NCBI GenBank assembly: GCA_002104905.1
Contig: MCFE01000497.1
Span: forward strand, 2,555 to 66,554
DNA length: 64,000 nt
Direction: 5' to 3'
DNA from: Basidiobolus meristosporus CBS 931.73
Lineage: Eukaryota; Fungi; Basidiobolomycota
Shown here: piece after piece, positions 36,446 through 49,389 of the stretch
How the letters are laid out: every line of letters starts with the position of its first letter
How positions within the stretch are numbered: position 1 is the stretch's first letter
The notes under the pieces: model-generated
Told to the model about the DNA's origin: nothing
The model's database searches: none
What the model saw: only the letters and a program-made list of their open reading frames with translations
Made by a program: the position numbers and the translations under genes

Positions 36446-39309
36446 TTGACTGTAACAGTGTTTGGCCAATTCTACTGCCAAATAAAGTTAAAAACATGAT
36501 GGTGTTTGGTCAGAATCTTACCAGAAGTTGCATGGTATTGTTGCAGTCTTGGTGTGCTCTACAACTATTTAAGTGGATCCAACTGGCCAGCACACCTAAC
36601 TGCCTTATGTAGCAAAAACTTGATGGTATTTAGATGACTTCATTGCAAGCCTCTAATAGTATTATCATTGCAGTATGGTGGCCTATAGCTAGTTCTTTAT
36701 AATGCTACCATAACAATTTATCAAATGGTTTTTCCTTTCTCTACCTCCCCTTGGGCAAATCACATATTCCACTTTAGAATCACCCCTATTTATTTGCTTA
36801 CCTACTACTACTTTGAGTATTTTACTTAAAGTTTGAATAAAAAAAAACTATGACTTTCTGTTTACTGACCTCTACAAACTTGCACACCCAAAGCAACTGA
36901 CATTCTTCTATTACCTCAACTATACAAACTTGTTGTATGATACTTGTAAAGTTGCCATATAACTTGTATTACAGGTAACATATACATCTTGCAAACCAAT
37001 GCTTGGTTGCCACCACTTCTGCCATGAATAACTCCTGAATATCCACAAAGAACTTCTTGGTATTTGGCCTTTATACTCTTTCTTCCTGTTGGACTCTAGT
37101 CCCACTTACAGGTATGTTCTGGCTCTTGTTGTGTGAATTTAATATTGAATAATGTCAAAATTGGCTTAGGGCCAAGAGAAACCTGGCATACTCTGGTAGA
37201 GTTTTCCTAGAAGAATTCATTGCTTGTTGTACCCAACCAGTTTTGCATTGCTTAACTGATGACATGTACATATTGATTGCTTAGCTTTTCAATGCCATAG
37301 GCATAGGTGTCTCCAGGTGCACAACTGTCCTCAGTATTGTGCAACTCTTCTGGGCTGTCCTCCATGCGCCAACTCATCATATCCATAACAGACTTGAAGG
37401 TAATATTCCTGATGAGATTGGGATATGGTAGTACCTGTAACTTGTCTTCCTACCTCCCTGCACATCTGCTCCATGGGAAACTCCTAATAGGTGAAGCAAG
37501 GCTCAATATTCTCCACCAACCAAGTATGATGTCATAGAGAATGAGTACAGTATTTGCATAGAATGATGCATTCAGCCTATGTTTGTAATATAGCTGCTCA
37601 AATCCTGTCAGAAACTGCTTGCACAAAACCTGTTGATGCATCAGGTTTGCATTGACAATCTACTTCTGGATAAATATTCCTACAGTGTCCACATATAACT
37701 CCCAATGCTTCTAATGTACTCTTGGTAGAAATGGCTTCAGAAGGCCACATAATAAATACTTATCCAGTTCATCTAGTCCTTGTGCTTGTATGGTTGTATA
37801 TGCATATGAATATTGATTGGAACCTGTGAGAAGTATCTAGGTTAGCAGGTACTCTGAAATAGCTTGCCAATGGCTTATAGCTTGCCACCTTTACTGCAAT
37901 TGCATGCTGACTCCTGTTGTTCTCTTTGTAGAAAGATGATATTCTTAGTGTTGGTGTCTGGGTGATAATAATGTATGAGAGTTATGGAGTAAGTCCCCTG
38001 AATCTCACAAATTTGACAGCAATACTGTTGATTGTGCCCAGATATACTGGCTATCTTGCTGTTAGAAGGGGTATCTCCAATGCAGTTGATATTATACGCC
38101 TTGACATGACAGTCTTTTACTGTTATCCTGCTGGAAAGCATACAAAATTCTGCAAATGGTGGATACAGGTAGCTATCCAGGTTAAGTGGTAATTTGGCTC
38201 AGATTCCAGTGATACTACCATCAGATTTCTGCTCTGATACCTTAAGAGAGGCGGCAGATTCATGCAGATGAGAATCAGTGGCCAGTAGGAATAGCTAATA
38301 GAGTACTGATATAATGAGAATCCATCAAGTGCCAAGGCAAAAGAATAGTCATAAATACCTTCAAAGTAGCCCTTGCTTCTCAGCTGCCTGTCATATTTGC
38401 CATCAAATATATTGGATATGTTTACACTTGATTGATACTGAGTGTGGTACTTTATGGCCTCAAAATATTTTTTGAATTGCATGAGCTTCTATAGATGGGG
38501 TATTCCTGGAATATATGCAGAGTGTGAATAATGTTTTCTCCCAGTAGGGCTGGATTTCTGGCAAGTTGAACACTTTACAGTGGTGGTATCTCTCACTGCA
38601 TAATGAGATTTTGCTGGGCCCATATAGAATACTGCTGTTAGGAAAAAGAGGCTCACAATCCATCAGTGAGACTGCTTCTTCAGACCTATCACTCTGTGTG
38701 CCATATTCAGAGGGCTAGGGCAAGCCTAAAGGTGTCACATACTCACCTGACTCAGTTTGTGCAAGGTGACAAGTATGGCCAGGTGCTGTTATGGAAGTAT
38801 CAAGTTGGTGGCAAGATATTGTTTGTATAGTGTTGCCTGATGAATGGTCAAATATGACCTGTTTGACAAAACACTGGCCATGAACCTTGTAATACTTCCT
38901 CTGCTGTCTGCATGCTTCATGGCTGAGAAGCTTGCTAAGATAGCCACATGGTCTTTTTTCTCTTCTCATATAGTGGTGAATCAAAGTAGTCTTGTCCATG
39001 GGGCATATAGTTTGGCAATCAACAACAGAACACTATTATATCAATTGCTTGTCAATACTTATGTTAATTTAAGACAGTTTTATACTCAAGACATTGCAAC
39101 TACATGAATGTAAGATTCAATGATGACCTGTCATAGTAAGCATTATAACTAAAGTTGTGACACCACATGCACATGAAAATGTAACTCCATTTCCCCTTTG
39201 ATTTGACTCATTTCCATATATATGCCACCAAAAATTAAAGCAAAGTTGCCTGGTTTGCTACCAAACCTCACTGCTGCCAACAGCAGAACCTGTGTCAAAT
39301 AACTAAGCC

Positions 39310-39706
39310 ATGTCACCATCCCTACCATTTTCATAGTTTGCTCTTGTATAGGCAAAGATACTTTTATATCTTTGTAATTGTTGGCAACAGCTACATTCTT
39401 CCCAAGTCATTGCTGATAGAGTTGAAAGTTGTTCTGACTTTGGAAGCTTTGGTATGTTGTCATTGCAAAGAATGCTGAACCCAGCACATAATTGTGTGAT
39501 GACTCCAACTAAGTTGGGGACTGTAGCTCAATAGTTTTCCTTTGACAAGCTTCTGGCTCTATTCCCCTTCACATTAGTGCAGACACAGAACCCAAGTATT
39601 CCTAGCAAGCTTAAGCCAGACATTATGGCATCCAATGGACACTGTGCACACAAAATACTTGAGAAGTATTGGATCTAGCTCTCACTTGGACTTATTAATC
39701 ATCACA
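39310..39706 (+). mobile_element. Deleted remnant of the 1071-bp LTR family
   Basis: Matches 25925-25950 joined to 27440-27813; ends ...CATCACA followed by GTGG; left boundary approximate. Confidence 0.7.
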
Positions 39707-40832
39707 GTGGGGCTACAACTAAAGAAGGTCCTGTTGACTGTGTGCCCAATGGAGTTAATAATGCAGACTCCTCTGGCTCTTAGTCAAGTAAGCAATAGGA
39801 AATCTCTGCACAGCCTCAAGCTGACCATAATGCTGAGGCAGATCAAAATGTAGCAAAAACAGTACCTTCTGCTGAAGACCAGCAAGTGTCCATCCTAACA
39901 ACACCACCAGTATTTGCAAGTAAGTTGCCAGCTCATTTAAAAGTATTAATGAGGTTTTTTAGTGTAGTTGCAGATAAGATAAATGCAATGGTCCACAGAA
40001 TGCTGGAAATAGTCCAGGAACAGAATGAGCAGATGATATGCGTAGAGCAATTGATATCAAATAGAGAATGCAGTATCTTTGCTGCAATGAGGGAGCACAA
40101 GTAGCTCAATGTCCCAGCAAACACTTGAGCCACTTCCTGATGTAACAGCAGAGGAACACTCTAAAGTCTTTGAAGCACAAGAGCAGTCCCCAAAGCCTAA
40201 GCCCACAGAAAGGCCTAATACAGCATAAGAGGGAGATTCTGTGATTTTCAGATCCTATCTAAAAAATCAAATAACATTAAACATCTGTGAAACTATTTGG
40301 CACAAGGATGAAGAGCAGGCTATTTGGCAAGAGGCTGTTTGAGAGCTAGTATGGCATCACCTTAAGGTTGGCATACCCTGAGACCATCAGAAACTCAAGG
40401 CCAAGAAGAATGAGTTTGACCTGTTCCAATAGCATTATCCTGGATTCAAGTAAGCAACAGATCATAGGCCAACATTTGCATGCTAAGAAAGTATATCATG
40501 AATGGTAAAAGCTATCAAAGACAAAGTACAAGGGTGCCACCCCTAAACTAGAAGCTTCCTTAAGAGCTGGTCAAAAGCAAGGCTGAAGGCTACAACTAAG
40601 CAGCAGAGAAGTGACCGGTAGCCAGAAGAGTGCCAGTAAGGGAAAGGCGGGCAGAAAGAGATGCATTAGTGCAGTGTTTATCACGGAAACGGTGTGGCTC
40701 AATACAACAAGCACTCAGTGACAGCAGCAGCAAAGGAATTGACAGTAATAAATACATGCTGCTTCCTCAAAAGTGCATTACAGCCACCACTGAAAGCGTG
40801 AAACAAGTTTGAAAGAAATGTCCTGTTGCTGG

Positions 40833-41294
40833 TGTAGTGGTGTATTAGCCCACAAAAGAGATATGGGCTACACTTCCCACATGTTTTGTGTATGTGGTGT
40901 TAACTGAGTGTGATAACCTCTAGGTAAAGTTTACTAGTAATCCTTTGAGTTTTGTTTCTGATGTAATGTGTAAGGGAATACTATTTTGCTATAGTTCCCA
41001 AACTAATTGCTGTCTCAACAAAAGTATGTGCTAGGTTCAGCATCCTTTGGGATGGCAATTTAATAAAGCTTCCAATGTCAAAACAACTGCAAACTCTATC
41101 AGCAGGGATATGATATGAATGCTGCTATGTTCAAGAGTTACAAAGACAGGTGCCAGAGTTTGCCAACTTCTGGGATGGTACTGATTAGGCAAAACAAATG
41201 GGATAAATCTGCAAGAAGGTTAGTAGAAAACTGGAAAGTAGGCAATAAAGGAATGAGCACATCTTTCAGTGGGTGTCACTGAGACTCCACTGCA
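40833..41294 (-). mobile_element. Internally deleted solo LTR of the 1071-bp family
   Basis: Both termini retained (TGTAGTGGTG...CCACTGCA); flanks CTGG / CCAG. Confidence 0.8.
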
Positions 41295-41589
41295 CCAGAA
41301 GAGTGCCAGTAAAGAACAATAAGGCAGTGATGAATGCACCAGCACAGCATTTATCAGGCAGAAATCATGGTTCAGTAAAAAAGTGCTCAGACAAAGTAGC
41401 AGTGACAGACCTGGCAGAAATAAAGGACTAGGGAAAGCAAGAAGAGTCTACCCAAGACAGATACAGGGATGCATAATAGAAAAGCTGCAGTTCTTGCCAA
41501 TCAACACCATTGGCCTGAATTAGGCTGAATCCCATTATGGTCATGAAGAGTTACCAACAAGATAAAAGGTGTTTTCTCAAAAGTTGAAG

Positions 41590-43490
41590 ATTTTATTATA
41601 TACTGCTTGAATGTTTAACTTAGGTCAGTTTTTAGTTAAATCAATTAGCAATATGCTTAGCCTATCAGTATACCATTATTAATTATCAGATCAGTAATAC
41701 TGTGCAGCAGATGAATCAGTAATACCTTATCAGAGAGAAATAGTGATATTGAGTAAGATCTATTTGGGTTATGATTGTTATGATCTACTGCTTGAATGTT
41801 TAAGTTAGATCAGCTTTTAGTCAAATCAATTAGTTATATGCTAGCTTAGCAGTATATCAGTATTATCTAACAGATCCATAGCATTAGTCAGCAAATGAAT
41901 TAGCAGATCCTTATATGACAGAAATAGATGTATTTAGTAGGATCTTATTGGGTGATGATGATGCAATCAAATGAGTCATCAGCCACAGCCTACATTAGGA
42001 AATACAAGTAGTCAGCAATTGCTCTAGTAAAGTGATTATAAGGAGCAGCTGGAACCTCAATAAAAATTAGATCAAGGTTTAGTGAATATAATACTAGCTA
42101 AACTCCCTCTTTCTCTACAACTCTTATACCAAGGCTTGTAACGTGATGATGCAATCAAATGAGTCAGCAGCCACAAGTGACATTAGGATAAACAATTAGT
42201 CAGCAATAGATCTTATGAGATATATATAAGGAGCTAAGAGTTGTAAAGTCAATGGAAACCTGGGAACTTGACTCTTATAACTTGTGAAAGCTTAAAGGGT
42301 AAGGGAATTGGCCCAGAGAGCAAGATGCATTATGCTGCTTCTACTTGGCATATGCAGCTTTACATTGGCAACACAGCATGATTAGGTTTGCCGCTAGGAT
42401 GATATTCTCTACTGCCTCCACTTAAGGTAAGGTTGCAGTGGGAATTCAGGATGCTTTTAAGCCTCCACACTAGCAGACACCACCAAGGAGGAAGCTGAGG
42501 TCACTCAGTCAAAAAGGAATGGTCTGAAAATACATATATGAGTGAAGATGTCTACTTGGACAAACTCAAAGAATGGCTTCCATTGATGAGGCTGAATACT
42601 TTACTGATGAGTGAAAGAAAGAACTTGCAAGGAAATGAATAATTGAGGATCTCAGTCTATTGAAGAAGCCATCCAGATTGCCATAGACTATGACTCAGAT
42701 ATGTTTGGAGGCTTAAAGTGAATGATCAGCCAAGCTACTATCACTTTGAAAGAAGACACTCCGGAGCTGTGCCAAAGGAAACAGATGCTATGAAGAAGAC
42801 TCCCACCCCACAAGAATGTAAGAAGAATGACTTTGTTTTAGTTGCTACCTGTGTGGGTATATCTCAAAATACTGTCCTCAGTAGAAATGGACACTAGTCA
42901 ACAAAAACCTTCAATCACATTGAAGCCCTTGAGCATAGTAGTATGGAGGATGAACTTGAAGAAGACTTGAAACTCACCCTCCATATGACAGAAGAATACT
43001 TATCCCAAATGGCCTCAAGCTCCAAGAAATTATTATACCTGAATTAATTATTCAATGGAGTACCCACCAAGATTATGATTGACTCATGAACATCATATCA
43101 GTCAATGTTGAAGCAGTTTGCCTTTGAAGCTGGAATCAACTTGGAATCTACCATATCCACTTGAGTCTCAATAGCTGATGGTAACTTTTACATAATCAAC
43201 CAAATTACTCAGAGAGCAAGAATGAAGATCAATGAGTATAATGAAAACCTACATGCCTATATATTTGGATGCTGCAAGTTTGACTGTGTGCTTGAAAAGA
43301 CCTGGCTATTTGGCTGTAATCCATCAATCCACTGGCAAACTTATGCTACTCAGATCCTAAAGAGCATCAAGACTTTTGAGCTATTACCTGCCAAGATGAG
43401 TTTCAACTTGGTCAATTCCAGTGTTGGTGATACTAGTGAACTTAGCATGGACAATTTTGTAGAGCACTAACAAAAGGTACCAAGATGCTT
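41590..43490 (+). mobile_element. Old gypsy relic (LTR, gag, protease region)
   Basis: Decayed homology to gag (42310-42900) and ORF 43222-43470 matching [16 protein letters not shown] of the intact element; boundaries approximate. Confidence 0.8.
41776..42143 (+). mobile_element. Gypsy solo LTR nested in an older gypsy LTR
   Basis: TGTTATGATC...CTTGTAACG, 368 bp, 4-bp TSD TGAT (41772-41775 / 42144-42147). Confidence 0.85.
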
Positions 43491-44019
43491 CCCATGGCTA
43501 TATTCAGTTAGGACACTAGAACCCTTAGCAGAGTAAAATTGGACAAGTGTTAAATGTTTATGCACAACAATTTTTCCAAATAAAAGTTGTGTGCTGGTTG
43601 TGTACAATAAAAATTAATTACTTGTTGTGCTCAATGTAATTAGTTGCTTATTGCATCCAGCTTAGCCATTTATCACTTAGCTGATACACACACACTTGGG
43701 CTACTTAGCTTCTTAGTGTCCAAGGCATAGGTGTTTCTATGTGCACATTTGCCCACAGTGTAATGCAACTCTTCCTGGCTGACATGCATGTGCCAACTCA
43801 TTACAACCATAATAGATTTAGATATAATATTCTTGTTGAGATTGGGATATGGTGGTACCTTGAACCGGCCTTGACTTCCTATCTCCCCCACATCTGCTCA
43901 ATAGGAAACTTCCATCAGGCATTGTAAGGCCTAACAATCTCAACAGAGCAACCAAAATGGAGTAATGAGTGAACATAAGAGCAGCATAGGAGATACTTGT
44001 CAATATACACTGCATGAAA

Positions 44020-44850
44020 ACATGGAGATGCTATGGTGAAGGAATCAAGTGTACTGTGAAGACTGATCAAACCTCACTCAGGTATATATTTTTCCAAAGG
44101 TACTTTCCAGAATAATGTCAGGATTGAGTGAACGCATTGAACAATCTCACTTGAAGATTGTTTACCGCGCTGGGAAAAGTAAAATGGTTGCTTAGACCTG
44201 ATCAAGACTAGAACAAGTAGCACAACTCAACCTGGTGTGTTACAAGTCTTGGTGTAAGAGTTGTAGAGGAATAGGGAGTTTGGCTGGTATTGTATTCACT
44301 AAAACTTGAACTGATCTTTATTGAGGTTCCAGCAGCTACTTATATTCACTTTTTCCAGATGAATTGCTGACTAATTGTATTTCCTAATGCAGATTATGGC
44401 TGATGACTCATTTGATTGCAACATCATCACCCAACATGGTTCTACTTGACTAAAAGCTAATGTAACTTAAGCATTTAAGCGGAAGATCAAAACACTTGTA
44501 CAAACTGGGTTCAGTGAGCTTATGATTCCATTAATACTTGGTCAACATTTTTCTACATAATCCATTAGAGCTGTGTCTTGCTAAGCTCACTGGTTTTAGA
44601 TGCACTGGAATTGACCAAGTTGAAATCTGGTCTCACGGGTAATAGCTCATAGGTCTTGTTACCTTCTGGATCTGAGCAGCATGGGTTCTCAAGTTAATTG
44701 ACAAATCAAAACAAAATAGCCACATTTCTAAAAGTACAAGGTCAAACTTGCAGTTCCTAAATATATAGGCCTGTAGGTCTACTTCATATCCATTGTTCTT
44801 CATCCTACTGGCTGAGTAATATAGTTTATTATGTGAGAGTTGCCATCTGC
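44020..44850. mobile_element. Gypsy fragments: RNase H piece (+), deleted LTR 44238-44494, protease-region piece (-)
   Basis: Nucleotide matches to 51480-51680 (reverse complement), 49799-50166 and 52920-53220. Confidence 0.7.
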
Positions 44851-45779
44851 TGTTGAGACTGAAGTTAATATGGTGGTTGCTAATTTTACAACCAAATAAA
44901 GGGATAAACTTGACAACATTTATTGGTGCTGTGACAATAATTGTATTGTATTGTTGTGGTCTTTTAGCACTCTATAACTATTTCAAGTGGATCTGGTTGG
45001 CCAGGACATCCAATTGCCTTATATGGCAAGAAGCTGACAGTATTTGGACAGCCTCACAGTAAGACACTGATGGCATTTTTTTGGCAGTATGACGGCCTAC
45101 CACTGGTTCTTTATAATACAACTGTGCCAATTTACCAAATGGTATTTCCTTTTTCTACCTCCCCTTGTCCAATTCAAATATTCCACTGTAGAATCACCCC
45201 TTTTTATTTGCTTACCCACTACTACCTTGGGTATTCCACATATAGTTTGAATCAAAAAAAACTATGGCCTCCTGCTTACTAACCCCTACAAACATGCACA
45301 CCTGCTGCAATTGAAATACTTGGATCACCTCAACTTTACGGCTTTTTAGTGTGATACTTACAAAGTTGCCATATACCTTGCACTGCTGGTAACATACACA
45401 TCTTGCAAACATATGTTTGGTTGTTGCCACTTCTGCCATGAATACCTCCTGAATATCCACAAAGAACTTTTTTGTATTTAGCAAATAGACTTGTTCAGTT
45501 GGATAGTGCCACATAGTGCCAGCCTGTTTATGGTGCCGGATTGATCCGGCACTCTACGGCACTATCTGGCACTATAATTTCTACCATGATGCCAGTGGTA
45601 TGATACAGTTACTGGTAATTTTACTCAATCTTACTTATGTTGCTCAGAATAGTGCTTTCCTTGCTTTATTTACTCTTCATAATGCTCCAGACACATTTCT
45701 CTCAGTGGATGTCTTCTTGTATGAACATACTGTGCATTTATAAGTATCTTAACTCTTTTACCTATTCTGCTGTATTCTC

Positions 45780-46553
45780 CTATATATGACTTTGTCTGTA
45801 TTTACTTGCCAATATCCTGAATCTCTTCAGATATCCAAATGTGTGCTCTACCCTCACTCTGAAATGATTAAATATCTCATTGTAGAGCTTCTGCTTCCTG
45901 CTAAGCACACCATTTCTTGGCTTCCTATAAGCTGTAATACATCCTAATCTCTGACAATCCTCTCCTATATAGGCTAAGTCTGCCATACATTTCTCCCCTC
46001 TACTGAATTCAGGATGATTCTCTACCCAGAGTGCTTTGTCATGCCTACTTCCAGCAAATGGCCCACTAAACCAGATGATGTTATCCTCAATGTCAGACAG
46101 TGCTTGAAACTTCACACAGTGTGCCTTGTACTTGCCAGAATAAAAGTGCCTCTGCCCTCTAGAAGGTCTGTTAATCCTCACTGGGAAGGTATCCAAAATA
46201 CTCCTGATACGGAACTTGTTGCTGAACACTCTGGGATATGGAAGTCTATTGGAGCTTCTGAACATAGTATTCCAAGCTTGCTCTAAGTCATTCATACCCT
46301 CTGCAAGGTGGTTCTCCTTTGCTGTCAGCTGGGAATGAAAGCTTCTAGGACTTTTGTTGCCATGGATGGTGAGATGAAACCTTGTAGAGCAATAGTTCTT
46401 GTAATAGCAGAGAAGCTTAACAAGGGATCTCCTTGAGTAGATTGGGGTTGATGGTCCACAGTACTTGGAATAGATCTCCTCTAGGATGTTAAAAGGAAAT
46501 TCAGTGGTAGTGATGGGATTGATGAGAAAAGACCATTCAGATGAGTAAGTCAT
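45780..46553 (-). CDS. DDE_Tnp_4-type transposase (C-terminus frameshifted relative to copy B)
   Basis: ILDTF, YSGKYKAHCVKFQ, GSRHD, MADLAY, RVRVEHTFGYLKRF motifs typical of Harbinger/IS5-like DDE enzymes. Confidence 0.9.
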   Translation of the reverse strand: MTYSSEWSFLINPITTTEFPFNILEEIYSKYCGPSTPIYSRRSLVKLLCYYKNYCSTRFHLTIHGNKSPRSFHSQLTAKENHLAEGMNDLEQAWNTMFRSSNRLPYPRVFSNKFRIRSILDTFPVRINRPSRGQRHFYSGKYKAHCVKFQALSDIEDNIIWFSGPFAGSRHDKALWVENHPEFSRGEKCMADLAYIGEDCQRLGCITAYRKPRNGVLSRKQKLYNEIFNHFRVRVEHTFGYLKRFRILASKYRQSHI

Positions 46554-46912
46554 ATTTAAATTGGGGGATGATTGTATTGAGGCGGTTTGAATTGATTTGG
46601 CGCAATCTGTGTTATTTATCTGATTTTTAATACATTATGGTTAAACCTCCATCAATTGCCATGTATCCCATCATTATGTTGCAAAAATCATCCGCAAACA
46701 ATGCCTTGGTACTTTTATTGATGCTTTAATCATAGGTCTATAATCAAATAGGAAATCTGCAATTGTTGTGATCTGATCCGTGTCAACGCAATCCAAGATG
46801 CATCATGCATAATATATGGAAAATTCAACAATCACATTAGTTTTCATATATATTTCATATAAGACCAGGTTGATGCCAATATACTGCTGTATAAGTATCC
46901 AAATCTGTTGCT

Positions 46913-48160
46913 ATGGTCCCCATACCAAGCCTCAACTCATCTTTAGTACAGCCAAGACAAAACCCATCCCCCAGCTCACAAGCACGGTCTGGACAGGAGA
47001 AGTTGATGTCAGATCTGTTTGAGTTCTTGCCAAATGATTTTAGTATGGCCCAAGTGTCTATGATGAGCCTTCAAACAGATATTTGGGCACTACATATTAA
47101 TCTAGCAGAACTAGACACCTCAGAGAGTTGACAAAGATGGAAGAATTTAAGTAGAAAGCTGTGGCATGAGTTCTACATCAAGATGCCAGCCAATGTATGT
47201 AAAAAGATACATAACAAGACAAGTATTGAAATCAAGAATGAGCTAAGAGTGAGGAGATTTGACAAAGAAGCCACGCGGGAACAACTTTGCGCCCAATTTG
47301 CACAGTATGGGCTGGACGCGTCCATTTGTGCCTCAACTTTGGGAACCAAAGAGATTTTGAATGAGTTTTGGCCTCAAATGACTAATGTACTACGTGATAT
47401 ATTAGTAGAGCTAAGTAGCTTCCAAGAGCAATATACACAGGACTTATCCAGGCAACAGCTCCAAAGTATCAGACAGAGGGTAAGTGAATATCTTGAGGAA
47501 TCAGATGGTGAGCTTCAGGAGGAAGAATACTGGCCGCAAGCAACATCATCCAGATTGCGCCAGCACACCTTGCTGGATTCCCTACCATCTCTTGCAACCA
47601 CAGCGCACCGGCACACGTCAGTCCAGACCATGCCAACACCCTTGTCCAGAACACCCTGCATTGAGTCAATGCGTGTTGGGTCAACGCGCGTGCTTCAGAG
47701 CAAAACTACAAGAACTTGCCAAACTGCTCATTTAGACAAGAGTCCATTGGAGTGGACCAAGTTGCGTCAACATGCAGCATCACATCAAACTCAGCCAAGG
47801 GTCATCTCAACGCGTCAAGGCGCGCCTGCGCGTGCCGTTTTGCCTGACCATCAGCAAGTTACTTCTGGTGAACTGACTGATGATGACCAACATGAAGTGC
47901 CTCAACCACTGGAGCCCTTAGCAAGTAAAAGAACGCGTCAGCGTGTGGCACTACAGGCCTGTTCAGCTGGTTCAGTTGGAGCAATTCAGCACGGCCAAGC
48001 TGCAGCATTGCACTCATCAACTAGGAGGCAAAATACTGACTACAAATACACAAGTAGCCAAGATGATAGTCAGCCAGGAAGTAGTATAGGTGTGCAAAGT
48101 GAGTCACTACCAAATGCTTCAGTAGTAATCCCTGTGAGAAAAAAACCCAGGAGAAGATGA
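46913..48160 (+). pseudogene. PHIS second ORF (Myb/SANT-like segment plus low-complexity tail), split by an in-frame TGA at 47129
   Basis: 46913-47131 and 47183-48160 share a frame; RWKNLSRKLWHEFYIKMPANVCKKI resembles a Trp-spaced Myb/SANT repeat (inference). Confidence 0.65.
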
Positions 48161-48902
48161 TGCAATTGCCTTGAATTGCTCACATGCGTAATGATCCCAA
48201 CAACCATTTTTTTTGCGATCCAAATCAAGCCATTGCAAATCAGTGATCATCAAATTTTTGATATAAGTAATATCAAGGTTGTCTCACATTTGAGACAGAA
48301 CCCCTATAAATAAACACCCTGCATATATGTACTTCATCTGTAACACCAGTGCAGCTATTGGATCTGTTTTGCACCTACACAATTGCTTGCATGCTAGCTA
48401 TGACACCTTGTCCAATCACTAGGATCAGGGATTTACTTGCTCAATGGGCAAAATGGGATATTTGATGGCAAATCAGGTAGCTTTTTCAGTAGTCAATGAG
48501 CCAATTGGGGGCTACCAGCTTCAGGATACTTTTGGACCAATTAACCACTGAGATACCGTCCAATTGGAGTGAGGGTAACCAAAATGGTAAGTATCAGTGT
48601 AGTTGATAGTGTGATACACATTTATTTTCATTTACATTAAAGAAACATATCCAAATACCGGATTTTACCTGCCATAATAGCAGTATCCAATTGCGCACGT
48701 GATGCAAACATTATGAGCTGGCGCAATCATCTGTGCCAACCTCATTGTGTCAGATTGTGCCATAGTGTGCAAGATTGTCCCACATAGTGCAAAATTGTCC
48801 AAGAACAATCCTGCCTTCTGGTAGCTATTATAGCACGCCCAATTGCTCTTTACAACCGCGGATTGTGCCGTGCGCTCTGGCACGGTATGATGGAACAAGT
48901 CT

Positions 48903-49389
48903 AATGGGTAAGCAAATAGTGAGGGGTGATTCCATAGTGGAATATATAAATTGCACAAGGGCAGGTAGAGAAAGGAAATACCACTTGGTAAATTGGTATG
49001 GTAGCATTATACAGACCAGCTGTAGGCCATCATACTGCCATTGCAATGCCATCATAATCTTGCTGTGAGGCTGTTAAAGTACAGTCAAGATTTTTGCCAT
49101 ATAAGGCAATTTGATGCCCTGGCTGGTTAAAACCACTTGGAATAGTTGTAGAGTGCAATAAGACCGCAACAATGCTGTGCAATCATTGCCATAGCTTCAA
49201 TCAAATCCCATCATGTATTTATAACTTTATTTAGCAGTTTAAATTAGCAAAACACTATTGTGATCCCATCATAGGATTGTAAGAGGGTCACAAATTCCAT
49301 GCTGCTGGTATTACAACAGTCTCCAGAAGGGGTCCTGATGGCTGATCTGAATTGGATCCACCTGCAAGACCGTATTATTTTTTGTAGGG
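48903..49389 (+). mobile_element. CACTA transposase-side terminal fragment
   Basis: Colinear with 19630-20122; ends TTATTTTTTGTAGGG (reverse complement CCCTACAAAAAATAA). Confidence 0.8.

Larger units (their letters stand above)
36450..41580 (-). mobile_element. Degenerate CACTA copy (transposase minus, accessory ORF plus) with two third-family LTR remnants
   Basis: Pieces 37450-37641, 37875-38141, 38123-38482, 38715-38999 match the transposase; 39710-41580 matches the accessory ORF. Confidence 0.8.
45487..48902 (-). mobile_element. PHIS/Harbinger-superfamily DNA transposon, copy A (3416 bp)
   Basis: AGACTTGTTC...GAACAAGTCT TIRs, AAT on both flanks, subterminal GGCACTA/TAGTGCC repeats, two divergent ORFs. 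Confidence 0.92.

Noticed and set aside
45500-45580. CACTA-element terminus suggested by repeated (GG)CACTA strings (also 63575-63650)
   Set aside because: They are subterminal repeats inside the PHIS element, which is bounded by its own TIR and TSD.
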